64,000 nucleotides of DNA from an uncultured Clostridia bacterium. Its GTDB lineage: Bacteria; Bacillota; Clostridia; Christensenellales; UBA1242. Where the stretch lies: positions 75,545-139,544 of the forward strand of contig CALVOK010000014.1 in assembly GCA_944350275.1 (NCBI GenBank), in the 5' to 3' direction. Below the pieces are notes generated by a model, which worked only from the letters and a program-made list of their open reading frames with translations, made no database searches and had not been told where the DNA came from. This document shows positions 9,542-18,458 of the stretch, piece by piece (position 1 is the stretch's first letter; each line of letters begins with the position of its first letter). The position numbers were made by a program, and so were the translations under genes.

Positions 9542-11161
9542 CTATTTATCCTTGTCAATCCTCTTGCAAACACTAAACAGGGCATTATTTGAAGTTTTTA
9601 TCTCCTGCGAGTGCTGATTTTTCTTATCTAGAGTTTTGTCTGAGCCTAAATTTTGTGTACTATCCGAACTTTCTTTGCGTCTCTCATCTGTTTTTTCATC
9701 TTTTTGCAGACCACTGTCAACCGTTTTTTCACCTGCTAAGCCCATTTGAACCTTAAGCACATCCGCCCGCTTGATTGAAAAACGCGAAAAAGACATGATG
9801 GCAAGCGAGAGGAAAATGCTACATCCAAAAAACACAATAAGACCAAGCCCATTTTGAACACTCATTGCCTGCACAGGCATTGCGGAGTCAAACTTGATTA
9901 TATCAAGCAGGAACCCAATAATCAAAAGAGCGACCGAGTTTGCAAGGTTATAGGTAAAGGTAAAATAGCCGGTGTACGCTCCTGCATTGTTTTTGCCCGT
10001 CTTAAATATCTCGAGAGTTACACAGTCGGCATACATTGAAAAAGGAAGAGAGTACATCGCCCCTGCCCCTATTCCACAGAGGATAAGACATGGAATTGCT
10101 ATTATAAACATGGTCTGTGTGGGGATAAAATCTCGAAATAAAAAGGTTATCACCGTCAAAAATACCCCAAAGACTATGGTTGAAAGCGAGATGATAAGTG
10201 AACGTTTCTTGTCAAGCCTTTTGGAAAAGTACACCCACAAAGGCTGGCTTGCTATTGCTCCGCCGAAAAGTGAAATTAATACTATTGAAATTTGCGAACT
10301 TGAAAAATGATAGCAATAGGTAAACAGGTGTATTCCCACAGAGGTCAGAAATGCCGAGGCAATTGTTGCAAAGGAGTAGCCAAGTATCACCGCCCTAAAA
10401 TCTTTTTTCTTTAATATATTGAAATAACCTGAGAGCAAATTTGACAGGTTAAACTTCTCTTTTACGCTCTCAACACTGTAAATTTTGTTTTTATGAACAT
10501 ATTTGAGGGTTGAAAATATAGTTATAAGTCCAAAAACTATCAAAAGTGAGGAGTTTATGCAGGCAATAGTTATATATCCCTCTTGAGTATATTGTTGCTG
10601 TATGCTGATTGATATTGAGGGCATAAAAAAGTACATAAGCACACTTGGAAGTATCATTCCAATTATGTTGAAAGCGGTCTTAAACCCCTGCACTTTTGAC
10701 TGCTCGTTATAGTCTGGTGCAATATCTATGGCGAGCGCTGAATAAGGTGTTCCAAAACAGGTATTTGCCGTCTCTATTGCAAGCATACCAATAAGTAGCC
10801 AGAAAAATTTGCCTATTTCTGACATCCCTGCAGGCATCGACCAAATGCAAATGTTTAAAAAGGCAATGACAAATATACCAAAAAACATAAAACCTAGTCT
10901 TTTGCCAAAAAACTTGTTCCTCGTGTTGTCGGAGAGATAGCCAACAAGTGGGTCGCTGACACCGTCCCATAAAGATGAAATTGCTATGGCAATTCCTACA
11001 AGCGAGCCTGATATTCCCATGACAGCGGTCGCAAAAAACATGATAAAGTTGTTTAAAGTCTGCGACATTGAATTATACCCAAGCCCGCCTATACCATAAC
11101 CTAATTTTGTTCTAAAATTTAACGTTTTCACTAAATTAAATTTATGACAAGCCTCTCTCAA
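9542..11161 (-). CDS. GPH/MFS-type sugar:cation symporter with ~80-aa charged C-terminal tail
   Basis: 539 aa and multi-TM. N-terminal GYGIGGLGYN...WDGVSDPLVGYLSDNTRNKFGKR pattern of glycoside-pentoside-hexuronide transporters. The start codon is uncertain (TTG in track; no clear RBS). Confidence 0.75.
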   Translation of the reverse strand: MREACHKFNLVKTLNFRTKLGYGIGGLGYNSMSQTLNNFIMFFATAVMGISGSLVGIAIAISSLWDGVSDPLVGYLSDNTRNKFFGKRLGFMFFGIFVIAFLNICIWSMPAGMSEIGKFFWLLIGMLAIETANTCFGTPYSALAIDIAPDYNEQSKVQGFKTAFNIIGMILPSVLMYFFMPSISISIQQQYTQEGYITIACINSSLLIVFGLITIFSTLKYVHKNKIYSVESVKEKFNLSNLLSGYFNILKKKDFRAVILGYSFATIASAFLTSVGIHLFTYCYHFSSSQISIVLISLFGGAIASQPLWVYFSKRLDKKRSLIISLSTIVFGVFLTVITFLFRDFIPTQTMFIIAIPCLILCGIGAGAMYSLPFSMYADCVTLEIFKTGKNNAGAYTGYFTFTYNLANSVALLIIGFLLDIIKFDSAMPVQAMSVQNGLGLIVFFGCSIFLSLAIMSFSRFSIKRADVLKVQMGLAGEKTVDSGLQKDEKTDERRKESSDSTQNLGSDKTLDKKNQHSQEIKTSNNALFSVCKRIDKDK

Positions 11162-11269
11162 TTATCACGAAAATTAAAAAATTTTGTAGCAATTTTTAAA
11201 CTTCAATTTTTAAAATAACCTTTATCAATAAAAAAGAGCACTTAAAATGTGCCCTTTTTCTCTTTCGTA

Positions 11270-11492
11270 CATCAAATCTCTTTCGTAACTTAAAAATTTA
11301 TCTTATGTTTCTTAAAATTTGTCTTTTGTAACTTAAAATTTTGTCTTTTGTAAACCTCTTCTTATGTATACCTCTTTTGTAATCTGAAATTTATCTTTTG
11401 TGCAGTGAAGTTTTCTCTTTTGTAACTTAAAAATTTATCTTATGTATATAAAAAATTTATCTTTTGCAACTTAAAAATTTATCTTTTGTACC
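11270..11492. repeat. About ten degenerate tandem copies of a 21-22 bp unit (TTAAAAATTTATCTTTTGTAAC)
   Basis: Read directly from the sequence. Lies between the stop of ORF 11502..12224 and a hairpin at about 11229-11260. Confidence 0.8.
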
Positions 11493-11501
11493 ATTGCCCG
11501 C

Positions 11502-12224
11502 TTACTCATCGCTTTGGTCGGCTTGCTCCTCTTCTACCACTTTAGGATAGAGAAGTTTTTGAGCAATCTCGAACCTCGTCAAATTATAAGGGGCAATTTC
11601 ACAAATCTTATGGTCAATCATTGAAAGTAGGTCGTCACTTTCCTTACAAGGCTCAATAGGAAGTCTTAGGGTTACCCCCTGTCTTTCCACCTTTCTCCCG
11701 CTTTCAATATCCTTATAGGTTGCATTTTCAAAGAGAAGTTCCGCCCTATAGCCTGTCCCACAAATCATATTGTATTTTATATTTTCAATATCCACTTCAA
11801 TTATAGGTTCTGTCTTTTGAACGACCTCATCAATATCAATGGTAAACTTCATTGTAAACGAATTGTCAATCACCTGAGATATCTGCATTGAGTAATCTTT
11901 CGGTTCTTCCTCATCGTAGAGTTGCCCAAGCACATAGGTTTTAGTAGGTCTTTTTAACTCGCCTTGCAAAAGGCTTATTTTCTTGATGCGAAGATAACGT
12001 TTCCCGCCCTCTTTTATGCTTGAGATAATCACTCCCGCGTCGGTGATTGTCCTTTCAGGTACGTCGTAAATAATTTCCTGAGTGTTTGATTTGCCCAGTG
12101 GTTTTAGTCGGTAAAATTTTAGGTTTTCAACAAACTTTGCAAGAATATCTTTAAACTGACTAAACCCTAGTAAAACGTAATGGCACTCTCTGTAATTTTC
12201 AAACTCTTTCTCTTTATTTTCCAA
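11502..12224 (-). CDS. Hypothetical protein (weak CYTH/triphosphate-tunnel-like resemblance; canonical ExExK not seen)
   Basis: 240 aa, TTG start after AAAGGGGAAAGG. Patterns such as YDVPERTITDAGVIISSIKEGGKRYLRIKK and a C-terminal TRFEIAQKLL are reminiscent of CYTH but not diagnostic. Confidence 0.3.
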   Translation of the reverse strand: MENKEKEFENYRECHYVLLGFSQFKDILAKFVENLKFYRLKPLGKSNTQEIIYDVPERTITDAGVIISSIKEGGKRYLRIKKISLLQGELKRPTKTYVLGQLYDEEEPKDYSMQISQVIDNSFTMKFTIDIDEVVQKTEPIIEVDIENIKYNMICGTGYRAELLFENATYKDIESGRKVERQGVTLRLPIEPCKESDDLLSMIDHKICEIAPYNLTRFEIAQKLLYPKVVEEEQADQSDE

Positions 12225-12472
12225 ACCTTTCCCCTTTTTAGTATCCTTTTGATAGTTTAATAATACAACAAATCATTTCAAAAATCAAACATTTATTAAG
12301 TTTTTTTACTTTTTATTCAATTTAAAAAGGAAAAATTTGTAAACTGCGACAAAATATCAAAAAACTCGACAAAATTATCTATAAAAACATTTTTTTGTTA
12401 AAAAACAAAATAGTCATTTCCACTGATTAAAATAATAAATTTTGGCAAACATTAAATAAAAAGGAGTAAAAA

Positions 12473-13057
12473 ATGCTGTTTAACGACTCGGTAACTAAAG
12501 AAAATGTCGCAAGAGGTTTTGCTGGACTATGCCAAGACCATGCAAGGTATATTTTTATATCAAAAAGTGCCTTGAGTGAGGGCTATGCGTATATTAGTTG
12601 CAAGATTAAGGAGATTGCAGAGCAAAAACTTGCTCATGCCTCTGTGCTATATTCAGTCATGCTAAAAGAGATTAAACATAAAGACAATGTAAATATTGAG
12701 GCAGGCTATCCATTTGAAAATCACCTATTAAAAACCTCACTTCTCGACTCGGCAGAAATTGAGAGTTACCAAGCAAACAATGTCTACCCTCATTTTGCTA
12801 AAATAGCGTCAGATGAAGGCTTTGAAAAGATAGAAGAAATATTTACAATGATAAGCAAGATAGGTCAAGAAAATGCAAGGTTTCTAAACTTGCTGGCACA
12901 AAAATTTGAAAAACATACTCTCTACGAGTCAAAAGAAAAAGTTGAATGGGTCTGCTCTAACTGTGGACATCGCTCTATAAGCAAGAAAGCATGGGAGAAC
13001 TGTCCACTCTGCAACTATCCAAAAGGCTACGTCGTCATCCCTTTTGATAAAAATTAG
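12473..13057 (+). CDS. Rubrerythrin-family protein (ferritin-like domain + C-terminal rubredoxin-like CxxC...CxxC)
   Basis: 194 aa. C-terminal WVCSNCGH...CPLCNYPKGY. RBS AAAGGAG. Confidence 0.75.
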   Translation: MLFNDSVTKENVARGFAGLCQDHARYIFISKSALSEGYAYISCKIKEIAEQKLAHASVLYSVMLKEIKHKDNVNIEAGYPFENHLLKTSLLDSAEIESYQANNVYPHFAKIASDEGFEKIEEIFTMISKIGQENARFLNLLAQKFEKHTLYESKEKVEWVCSNCGHRSISKKAWENCPLCNYPKGYVVIPFDKN

Positions 13058-13070
13058 ACTATATTGTTAG

Positions 13071-13340
13071 CATTTCTCGACATTTATCTACCTTTCTCAA
13101 CGTTTATCAACATTTATCTACCTTTCTTGATATTTCTCGACGTTTTTAGACAAATTTAATACTTATTTAGACGTTTTTCAACATATCACGTCTATTTTCG
13201 TCGCTAATCTACTTTTCTCGGCATTTCTAAACTTTTCTCAACGTTTATCTACTTTTATCAACTCTTATCAACTTTTCTCGGCATTTCTCAACTTTTATCA
13301 ACCTTTCTCGACGTTATATCTTGTTTTTCGACAAATTTTT
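13071..13340. repeat. Decamer satellite: about 20 clean units of NNTTTNTCNA with strict 10-bp period (phased T-tracts)
   Basis: 13071-13150 has 8 in-phase units (catttctcga catttatcta cctttctcaa ...). 13211-13310 has 10-11 units (acttttctcg gcatttctaa ...), with a 60-bp higher-order repeat at 13211/13271. Confidence 0.85.
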
Positions 13341-13407
13341 CAAAAAACCACATAGAAATTTTATCTATGCGGTTTTATTATCAACTAACTTATCTCTAAT
13401 ATCAATT

Positions 13408-13689
13408 CTATTCCTTTCCAGAAACCAAGTTTTTGAAACTTTGTCCAAACTTGAATACAGGTGTTACACCTGCTGGGATAGTAATTCTCTCTTGTGTCTT
13501 TGGATTGATACCCTGCTTTGCCTCTTTCTTCTTAAGTTCGAAAGTGCCAAAACCATCTATTGATATTTTCTCTCCTGTCTTTAAAGTATCAGCAATTGTT
13601 GCTGCAAATGCCTCAAAAGCAAGTCCTGCATCCTTTTGTGTAAAATTTGCCTTGTCAGCGAGTGCTTTGATAAATTGTTTTTTGTTCAT
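13408..13689 (-). CDS. hup: DNA-binding protein HU
   Basis: 93 aa. MNKKQFIKALADK...GFGTFELKKKEAKQGINPKTQERITIPAGVTPVFKFG is a canonical HU/IHF fold sequence. Confidence 0.95.
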   Translation of the reverse strand: MNKKQFIKALADKANFTQKDAGLAFEAFAATIADTLKTGEKISIDGFGTFELKKKEAKQGINPKTQERITIPAGVTPVFKFGQSFKNLVSGKE

Positions 13690-13795
13690 TAAGTCATATC
13701 TCCTTTTATTTTTTATGGCTCTAACCTAAGCAAATAAGTTTAAAACCTTACACTTATTATAGCATAAATTCTCTTTATTTACAAACGATTTTGCA

Positions 13796-14737
13796 CTATA
13801 CTGTGAAATATTTTACAATCTCTTCCCAGATAATTGAAAGATATTGGACTACCCTATTAAACACACCACTCAGCAAGTTTGTGCTGTTGTTGCCGTCTCT
13901 TATAATTCTTACCACCTTGCCGTAAATATTGTCCACACTATCTGTTCCGCTGTCTCGACAATCACCGCTAAAGACTCGGTTATCACCCATATAAAAGATT
14001 TGGTCGGGAACATCCTCATCTTTATCACTTCCTACTGTGAAAAACTGGACAGGGATAGTCTGCTCACTGTCACCACTACTGAAAATTATATTGTGCGTTG
14101 TAGTTTGCCTGCCATTAAGAAAGGTCTCATAAAAGGAGACATCATATTGGAAGAAATCTTCGCCTATCACACGGTTGCTGTCTGTCCAATCCTCGTAACT
14201 TAATATATAGTCCTCATATATAACATATGGGTCGTCTTGCCCTGTATAGACAATATTATCAATACTATCACCCTTTTTAATTCGAACAAAACGCATTTCA
14301 TACTCACCGTTTTCGCCGACTGGCAACTTAACTATACTTATTTGGTCACCCTCAAAGGCAAGAGCACGTTTGATAATATAATATTTTTTGTCTTTTACTG
14401 TAGGCGGTTTAAACTCTGTGCGGTCGACAATTATAATATCACCATAATCTATATCATCTGTGTATTCAATATACACCTCGTCTTGAATAATGCCATCTTC
14501 GGTCTCAATTGGTGATGGATTTATAGTCGGTTGCATTGAGATATCTTCAACACTCATAGTGGTATATTTTACACTGAACAAAAGGTCTGCTATAAGGGAA
14601 AATAGCACGAAAAAATAAAACGCTATCAATAGGTACAAAAAAACTTTACGTTTCATTTGACTTCTTTGAACGTCTCTAAAATAAATTCCCTGCGATTCTC
14701 CATCAAATACGAGTTCTTCATCTGAATAGTTAATCAA
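13796..14737 (-). CDS. lepB: Signal peptidase I (S26), unusually long with insertions
   Basis: 313 aa with an N-terminal TM helix. S26 boxes: SMQPTI (catalytic Ser), IKRALAFEGD (catalytic Lys) and MGDNRVFSGDCRDSG. Confidence 0.65.
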   Translation of the reverse strand: MINYSDEELVFDGESQGIYFRDVQRSQMKRKVFLYLLIAFYFFVLFSLIADLLFSVKYTTMSVEDISMQPTINPSPIETEDGIIQDEVYIEYTDDIDYGDIIIVDRTEFKPPTVKDKKYYIIKRALAFEGDQISIVKLPVGENGEYEMRFVRIKKGDSIDNIVYTGQDDPYVIYEDYILSYEDWTDSNRVIGEDFFQYDVSFYETFLNGRQTTTHNIIFSSGDSEQTIPVQFFTVGSDKDEDVPDQIFYMGDNRVFSGDCRDSGTDSVDNIYGKVVRIIRDGNNSTNLLSGVFNRVVQYLSIIWEEIVKYFTV

Positions 14738-14917
14738 TCAACTCCTCCCTTTGCCACCACAATAATAGCATTTTTTAGTCTTTACAGTCAAATCTTATCT
14801 GCCCTTAGCGAGAAAAGATGAAATTCTGACCAAATTATCTCATTGCTGTTTTCATGTCCGTTCGTTTTGAAAAGATACAACACAGCAATTTTACTTAATT
14901 TAGCAAAAATTATCTCG

Positions 14918-15460
14918 CTATTGTCTATTTGTTCGCTTTGAAAAAACACATCCACAGTAGTTTTGCCTATAGAGGTTATATTTCTTAGAAAACTCTATAC
15001 TCTTTTTGTATCCGTCTTGCTTTTTGTAGTTACCCTCTAAAAACTCTATCCCCTCCTCGCACTCAACCGCCTTGCCAATTGCGTTTATAACGGTTGAATT
15101 TTTATGAGGCGAGACGGTCAAAGTGGTACCAAACAGGTCAAAGCCAAGTTCTTTTGCCCTCTTAGCCGTCTTTGCAAGTCTAAGTTTAAAGCAGACAGGG
15201 CATCTCGCACCGCCCTCCCTTTCATTTTCAAGACCCTTGACCTTGCACAAGAACTCCTCAGGATTGTATCCGTCCTCAATTACAGGAACATTCACAATCT
15301 CGCAGTAACGTTTCTGTTCGGCAAGTCTATGTCTATACTCCTCATCGGTGTCAATGTTGGGGTTATAATAATATATAGTTATATCATAATCATCCTTTAA
15401 AAAGTCTATAACCTGCGTGCTACATGGTCCGCAACAGGAGTGAAGTAAAAGTCTTTTCAT
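14918..15460 (-). CDS. queH: Epoxyqueuosine reductase QueH (DUF208)
   Basis: 180 aa. LLLHSCCGPCS N-terminus and C-terminal YRQNYCGC, the characteristic QueH cysteine pattern. Confidence 0.85.
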   Translation of the reverse strand: MKRLLLHSCCGPCSTQVIDFLKDDYDITIYYYNPNIDTDEEYRHRLAEQKRYCEIVNVPVIEDGYNPEEFLCKVKGLENEREGGARCPVCFKLRLAKTAKRAKELGFDLFGTTLTVSPHKNSTVINAIGKAVECEEGIEFLEGNYKKQDGYKKSIEFSKKYNLYRQNYCGCVFSKRTNRQ

Positions 15461-15924
15461 TATTCCACCGTCCTAAGTAACTTGACAAGGTCAGCAAAAA
15501 CCCTCTCTTTTTTGAGAAGTTTTTTGATGTCGCTATCGTATGAGTCCATGGTTATCATAAAACAGCCAAGGCAGTCTCCGCAGTTGACAAAGACCTGCAT
15601 GGTATAGATTAATTTATCATGATAGCCCTTTATAACAAAGGTTGGAAAAACATATTCGCCAAGTTTCAGGTTGAAATTGCCTGCAAGTTCAAATTTGTCG
15701 GTCAGTTTTTTGTAACTCTTTGTCAGTTCCTGATAACTTGCAAAAAACTCGTCAGGGTCCCTGTGTAACTCAAAAAATGAGATGACTTTTCCATCATCCG
15801 AGAGATAGTTCTCTCTATTGTAAAACCCTTGACCGTTGACTAGGTTGTACTTATCAGAAGTTAAGTGATACCCTGCTGGCAACTCAAAGGACATTTCATT
15901 TAGTGTGTCAATAACTCGCCTCAT
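15460..15924 (-). CDS. Hypothetical protein, translationally coupled to queH (ATGA overlap)
   Basis: 154 aa, RBS GGAGAGG. No recognisable motif. Confidence 0.5.
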   Translation of the reverse strand: MRRVIDTLNEMSFELPAGYHLTSDKYNLVNGQGFYNRENYLSDDGKVISFFELHRDPDEFFASYQELTKSYKKLTDKFELAGNFNLKLGEYVFPTFVIKGYHDKLIYTMQVFVNCGDCLGCFMITMDSYDSDIKKLLKKERVFADLVKLLRTVE

Positions 15925-15950
15925 AGCCTCTCCATTTCTATTACCTATTT

Positions 15951-15979
15951 ATTATGACACTTAAAACAAGAAAAGTCAA
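15951..15979 (-). promoter_or_regulatory. Putative sigma-A promoter of the 154-aa-ORF/queH operon
   Basis: Minus strand reads TTGACT, a 17-nt spacer, then CATAAT. Just upstream are two copies of YCAAGTTAAAATCATA (plus strand about 16005-16023 and 16028-16046). Confidence 0.45.
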
Positions 15980-16086
15980 GGCGAAAGTGCGATTAAAGTG
16001 GTTTTCAAGTTAAAATCATATGTAAATTCCAAGTTAAAATCATAGGTAAATGCTATTATGACAAACATTTTTGAGGTCACAGGGAA

Positions 16087-16431
16087 TTAAAAATTGACCG
16101 AACCGCTAAGAGCATACATCATCATATCATTCACACTGCCGTCAGTGAGATAGTAAACGAGAATTTTACCGTCTCGCTTGTATGAGACTATGTTTTGGTC
16201 TTTGAGTTGCTTGAGTTGATGAGATATAGTCGTTTGGTTTATATTTAATAGGTTAGAAAGGTCATTGACGCACATATTTTGCATGGCAAGGCAGGTCAAA
16301 ATCTTTATCCGCGTCGAATCTGAAAAGTTTTGAAAGTAGTCGGCAAGTTTTGATATATCGCTCTCCTTTGGAATGCATGAGAGTATCTCCTGTTTGCTCC
16401 TCTCTGATAATAGTAAATATCTATTTTGCAT
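16087..16431 (-). CDS. ArsR/SmtB-family transcriptional regulator
   Basis: 114 aa. ...CVNDLSNLLNINQTTISHQLKQLKDQNIVSYKRDGKILVYYL is the HTH plus wing pattern of the ArsR family. Confidence 0.8.
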   Translation of the reverse strand: MQNRYLLLSERSKQEILSCIPKESDISKLADYFQNFSDSTRIKILTCLAMQNMCVNDLSNLLNINQTTISHQLKQLKDQNIVSYKRDGKILVYYLTDGSVNDMMMYALSGSVNF

Positions 16432-16583
16432 AAATTTCTCCTTTTTTGAACATTTGAAAATTTAAAAACATATATAATCTTGTAATCTTACAAATTTATT
16501 ATCTCAAATGCAGGCGAAAAAGCAAAATAGAAAAAACCACTATTTTGTCTAATGTGAAGGAATTTTGTAGTTAAGGGGGAATT

Positions 16584-16790
16584 ATGATAACATCACAAAA
16601 TATCTTGTTTGTTCTACTTTTGTCTGTCATAGCAAATGCGACTGACACAAACTTGAACACTAACACAAACTTTTTGCTTTTACTTCTTTTAGCACTTAGC
16701 GGACAAAACAATTATTACCCTGGCGGTAGTGGTTGCCATCAGAACACCTGCCCTGGTCAAAACTTTAACACCTTTGGCACTTTCTTTTAA
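16584..16790 (+). CDS. Small hydrophobic/Gly-Asn-rich peptide of unknown function
   Basis: 68 aa, strong RBS TAAGGGGGA. Two hydrophobic stretches, then ...YYPGGSGCHQNTCPGQNFNTFGTFF. Confidence 0.45.
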   Translation: MITSQNILFVLLLSVIANATDTNLNTNTNFLLLLLLALSGQNNYYPGGSGCHQNTCPGQNFNTFGTFF

Positions 16791-17114
16791 TAATCAGTAG
16801 ATTATTGCAAAAATCAACCATTTAATCAAATTACACTTATTAAATATCCTTTTCTTAAAGTACGAAAGGGATATTTTATTATAAGTAATTTTAAATTTTA
16901 GGTCATAAAGTTTATGTAGTCTTATAAAATTTAAAAAAATTTAAAAAATTAACAAAAAAATTAAATAAAATTATTCAGATTTGCCAAAATATATTATGAT
17001 AAATTAAAAAAATAAAAAAAATTGAGAAAAATGTTAAAAATTGTTTTGAGATATTATTTTTTTATGCTATCATAAACTTGTAAATTAAAAAGGAATAAAT
17101 AAAAGGAGGGGAAA

Positions 17115-17567
17115 ATGTATTCTTTAATTAATGCTTATGCTGATAGTTGGACAAGTTTCATTAACCAAATGAGTGGCTTAGGTACTGACCAACAAGAACT
17201 TTTGGGAACTGTTTTCAACATTATCTCTATCGTACTTTGGGTTGTTCTTGCCATTGTTGGTGCAATCGGTTCAATCTATGCAATCTACCTCGGTGTTCAA
17301 CTTGCAAGGGCTGACGAACAAGGAAAACGAGATGATGCTAGAAAACATTTGATTACAACTGTCATTGCAGTCGGTGTCACTGTTGCACTTATTCTTGTAT
17401 TTAACATCTTCTTACCTATGCTTCTTGCTGCATTCAACGTTGGTATGTCTGTTACAGAAGGCGGTGGAGAACAACAAGGCGGTGGACAACAAGGAGGCGG
17501 AGAAAATGTACAGTCTATGATTACATTCTTCAGCAATGTCAAAAATATGATTAAATGCAGTTTGTAA
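17115..17567 (+). CDS. Small two-TM membrane protein, paralog A (Gly/Gln-rich C-terminal tail)
   Basis: 150 aa, RBS AAAGGAGGGG. Core AIVGAIGSIYAIYLGVQLARADEQGKRDDARKHLITTVIAVGVTVALILVF. A hairpin follows at about 17575-17615. Confidence 0.7.
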   Translation: MYSLINAYADSWTSFINQMSGLGTDQQELLGTVFNIISIVLWVVLAIVGAIGSIYAIYLGVQLARADEQGKRDDARKHLITTVIAVGVTVALILVFNIFLPMLLAAFNVGMSVTEGGGEQQGGGQQGGGENVQSMITFFSNVKNMIKCSL

Positions 17568-17895
17568 CCCCTACTAATTGATATTAATAAAAGGCTCACA
17601 CTATGTGGGTCTTTTTATAATAAAAAGAAATTTTTTGCAATAAAATTCGTCACATATATAAGATATCCAAAATTTGTAATATTTTAATTTTTACAATTCA
17701 TTTGAAAAATAATTAAAACCTATAAATTTAATTAAATTATTATCCCCAATTTAATTAATAATTTTAATTTTTCTTTTTAATACCTTTTAATTTTCTTGCA
17801 AAAATATTAAAAATATGTTATTATCTATTTTAGAAAGTTGAATTTTCTTTTTTATATTAGATTTTGAAAATAAAATTTTCAGTTTAGGAGAAAAA

Positions 17896-18282
17896 ATGCA
17901 GGGATTTTTATCTTTATTGAATTATTATTATACAGGTTCGTCATTGTCTTGGCTCAATGACGTCTATGATATTCTGCCACCTATCCTCTATACCATACTC
18001 GCTGTCGTGGGTGGTGCTGGAAGTGTCTATGCCATTGTGCTTGGTGTCAACCTCGCTAAGAGTGAGAGTGACGACAAGCGAAAAGCCGCTGCCTCAAGAA
18101 TGAAAAATACCATTATTGGTGTGGTTATCTTGCTTATCCTCGTACTGTTTATCACCCTTGCACTCCCTGAAATTTTAAAAGCAGTATATCCTGAAAACGT
18201 TCTGCCAGATAGTTATCGCCCTGGCAACAATGAGACGGAGGCGGTAAACTTAATTCTTCATTCAATGAAAATTTTAAGTTAA
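17896..18282 (+). CDS. Small two-TM membrane protein, paralog B
   Basis: 128 aa, RBS TAGGAGAAAA. Core AVVGGAGSVYAIVLGVNLAKSESDDKRKAAASRMKNTIIGVVILLILVLF aligns with paralog A. Confidence 0.7.
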   Translation: MQGFLSLLNYYYTGSSLSWLNDVYDILPPILYTILAVVGGAGSVYAIVLGVNLAKSESDDKRKAAASRMKNTIIGVVILLILVLFITLALPEILKAVYPENVLPDSYRPGNNETEAVNLILHSMKILS

Positions 18283-18286
18283 GATT

Positions 18287-18458
18287 CAGACTGTCGAAAA
18301 ACGTCGCGACCGAAAAATTTTAAAAATTTTTCTTACTGCGTTTACTGTGAAACACCTAAAAACAGTCATTTAGGACTACTAAACTCCTGCTTTTAGGTAT
18401 TTCCCGAGCCTTGCCTCGCTCGTTTTTGTACAGCCTGATAATTTGTGTCTATAGTTTG
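18287..18458. mobile_element. MITE-like insertion with imperfect 17-bp terminal inverted repeats, flanked by a 17-bp direct duplication
   Basis: Left end is CAGACTGTCGAAAAACG (18287-18303). The reverse complement of 18421-18437 is CAGGCTGTACAAAAACG (14 of 17 match). AATTTTAAGTTAAGATT occurs at 18270-18286 and again at 18459-18475. Confidence 0.35.
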
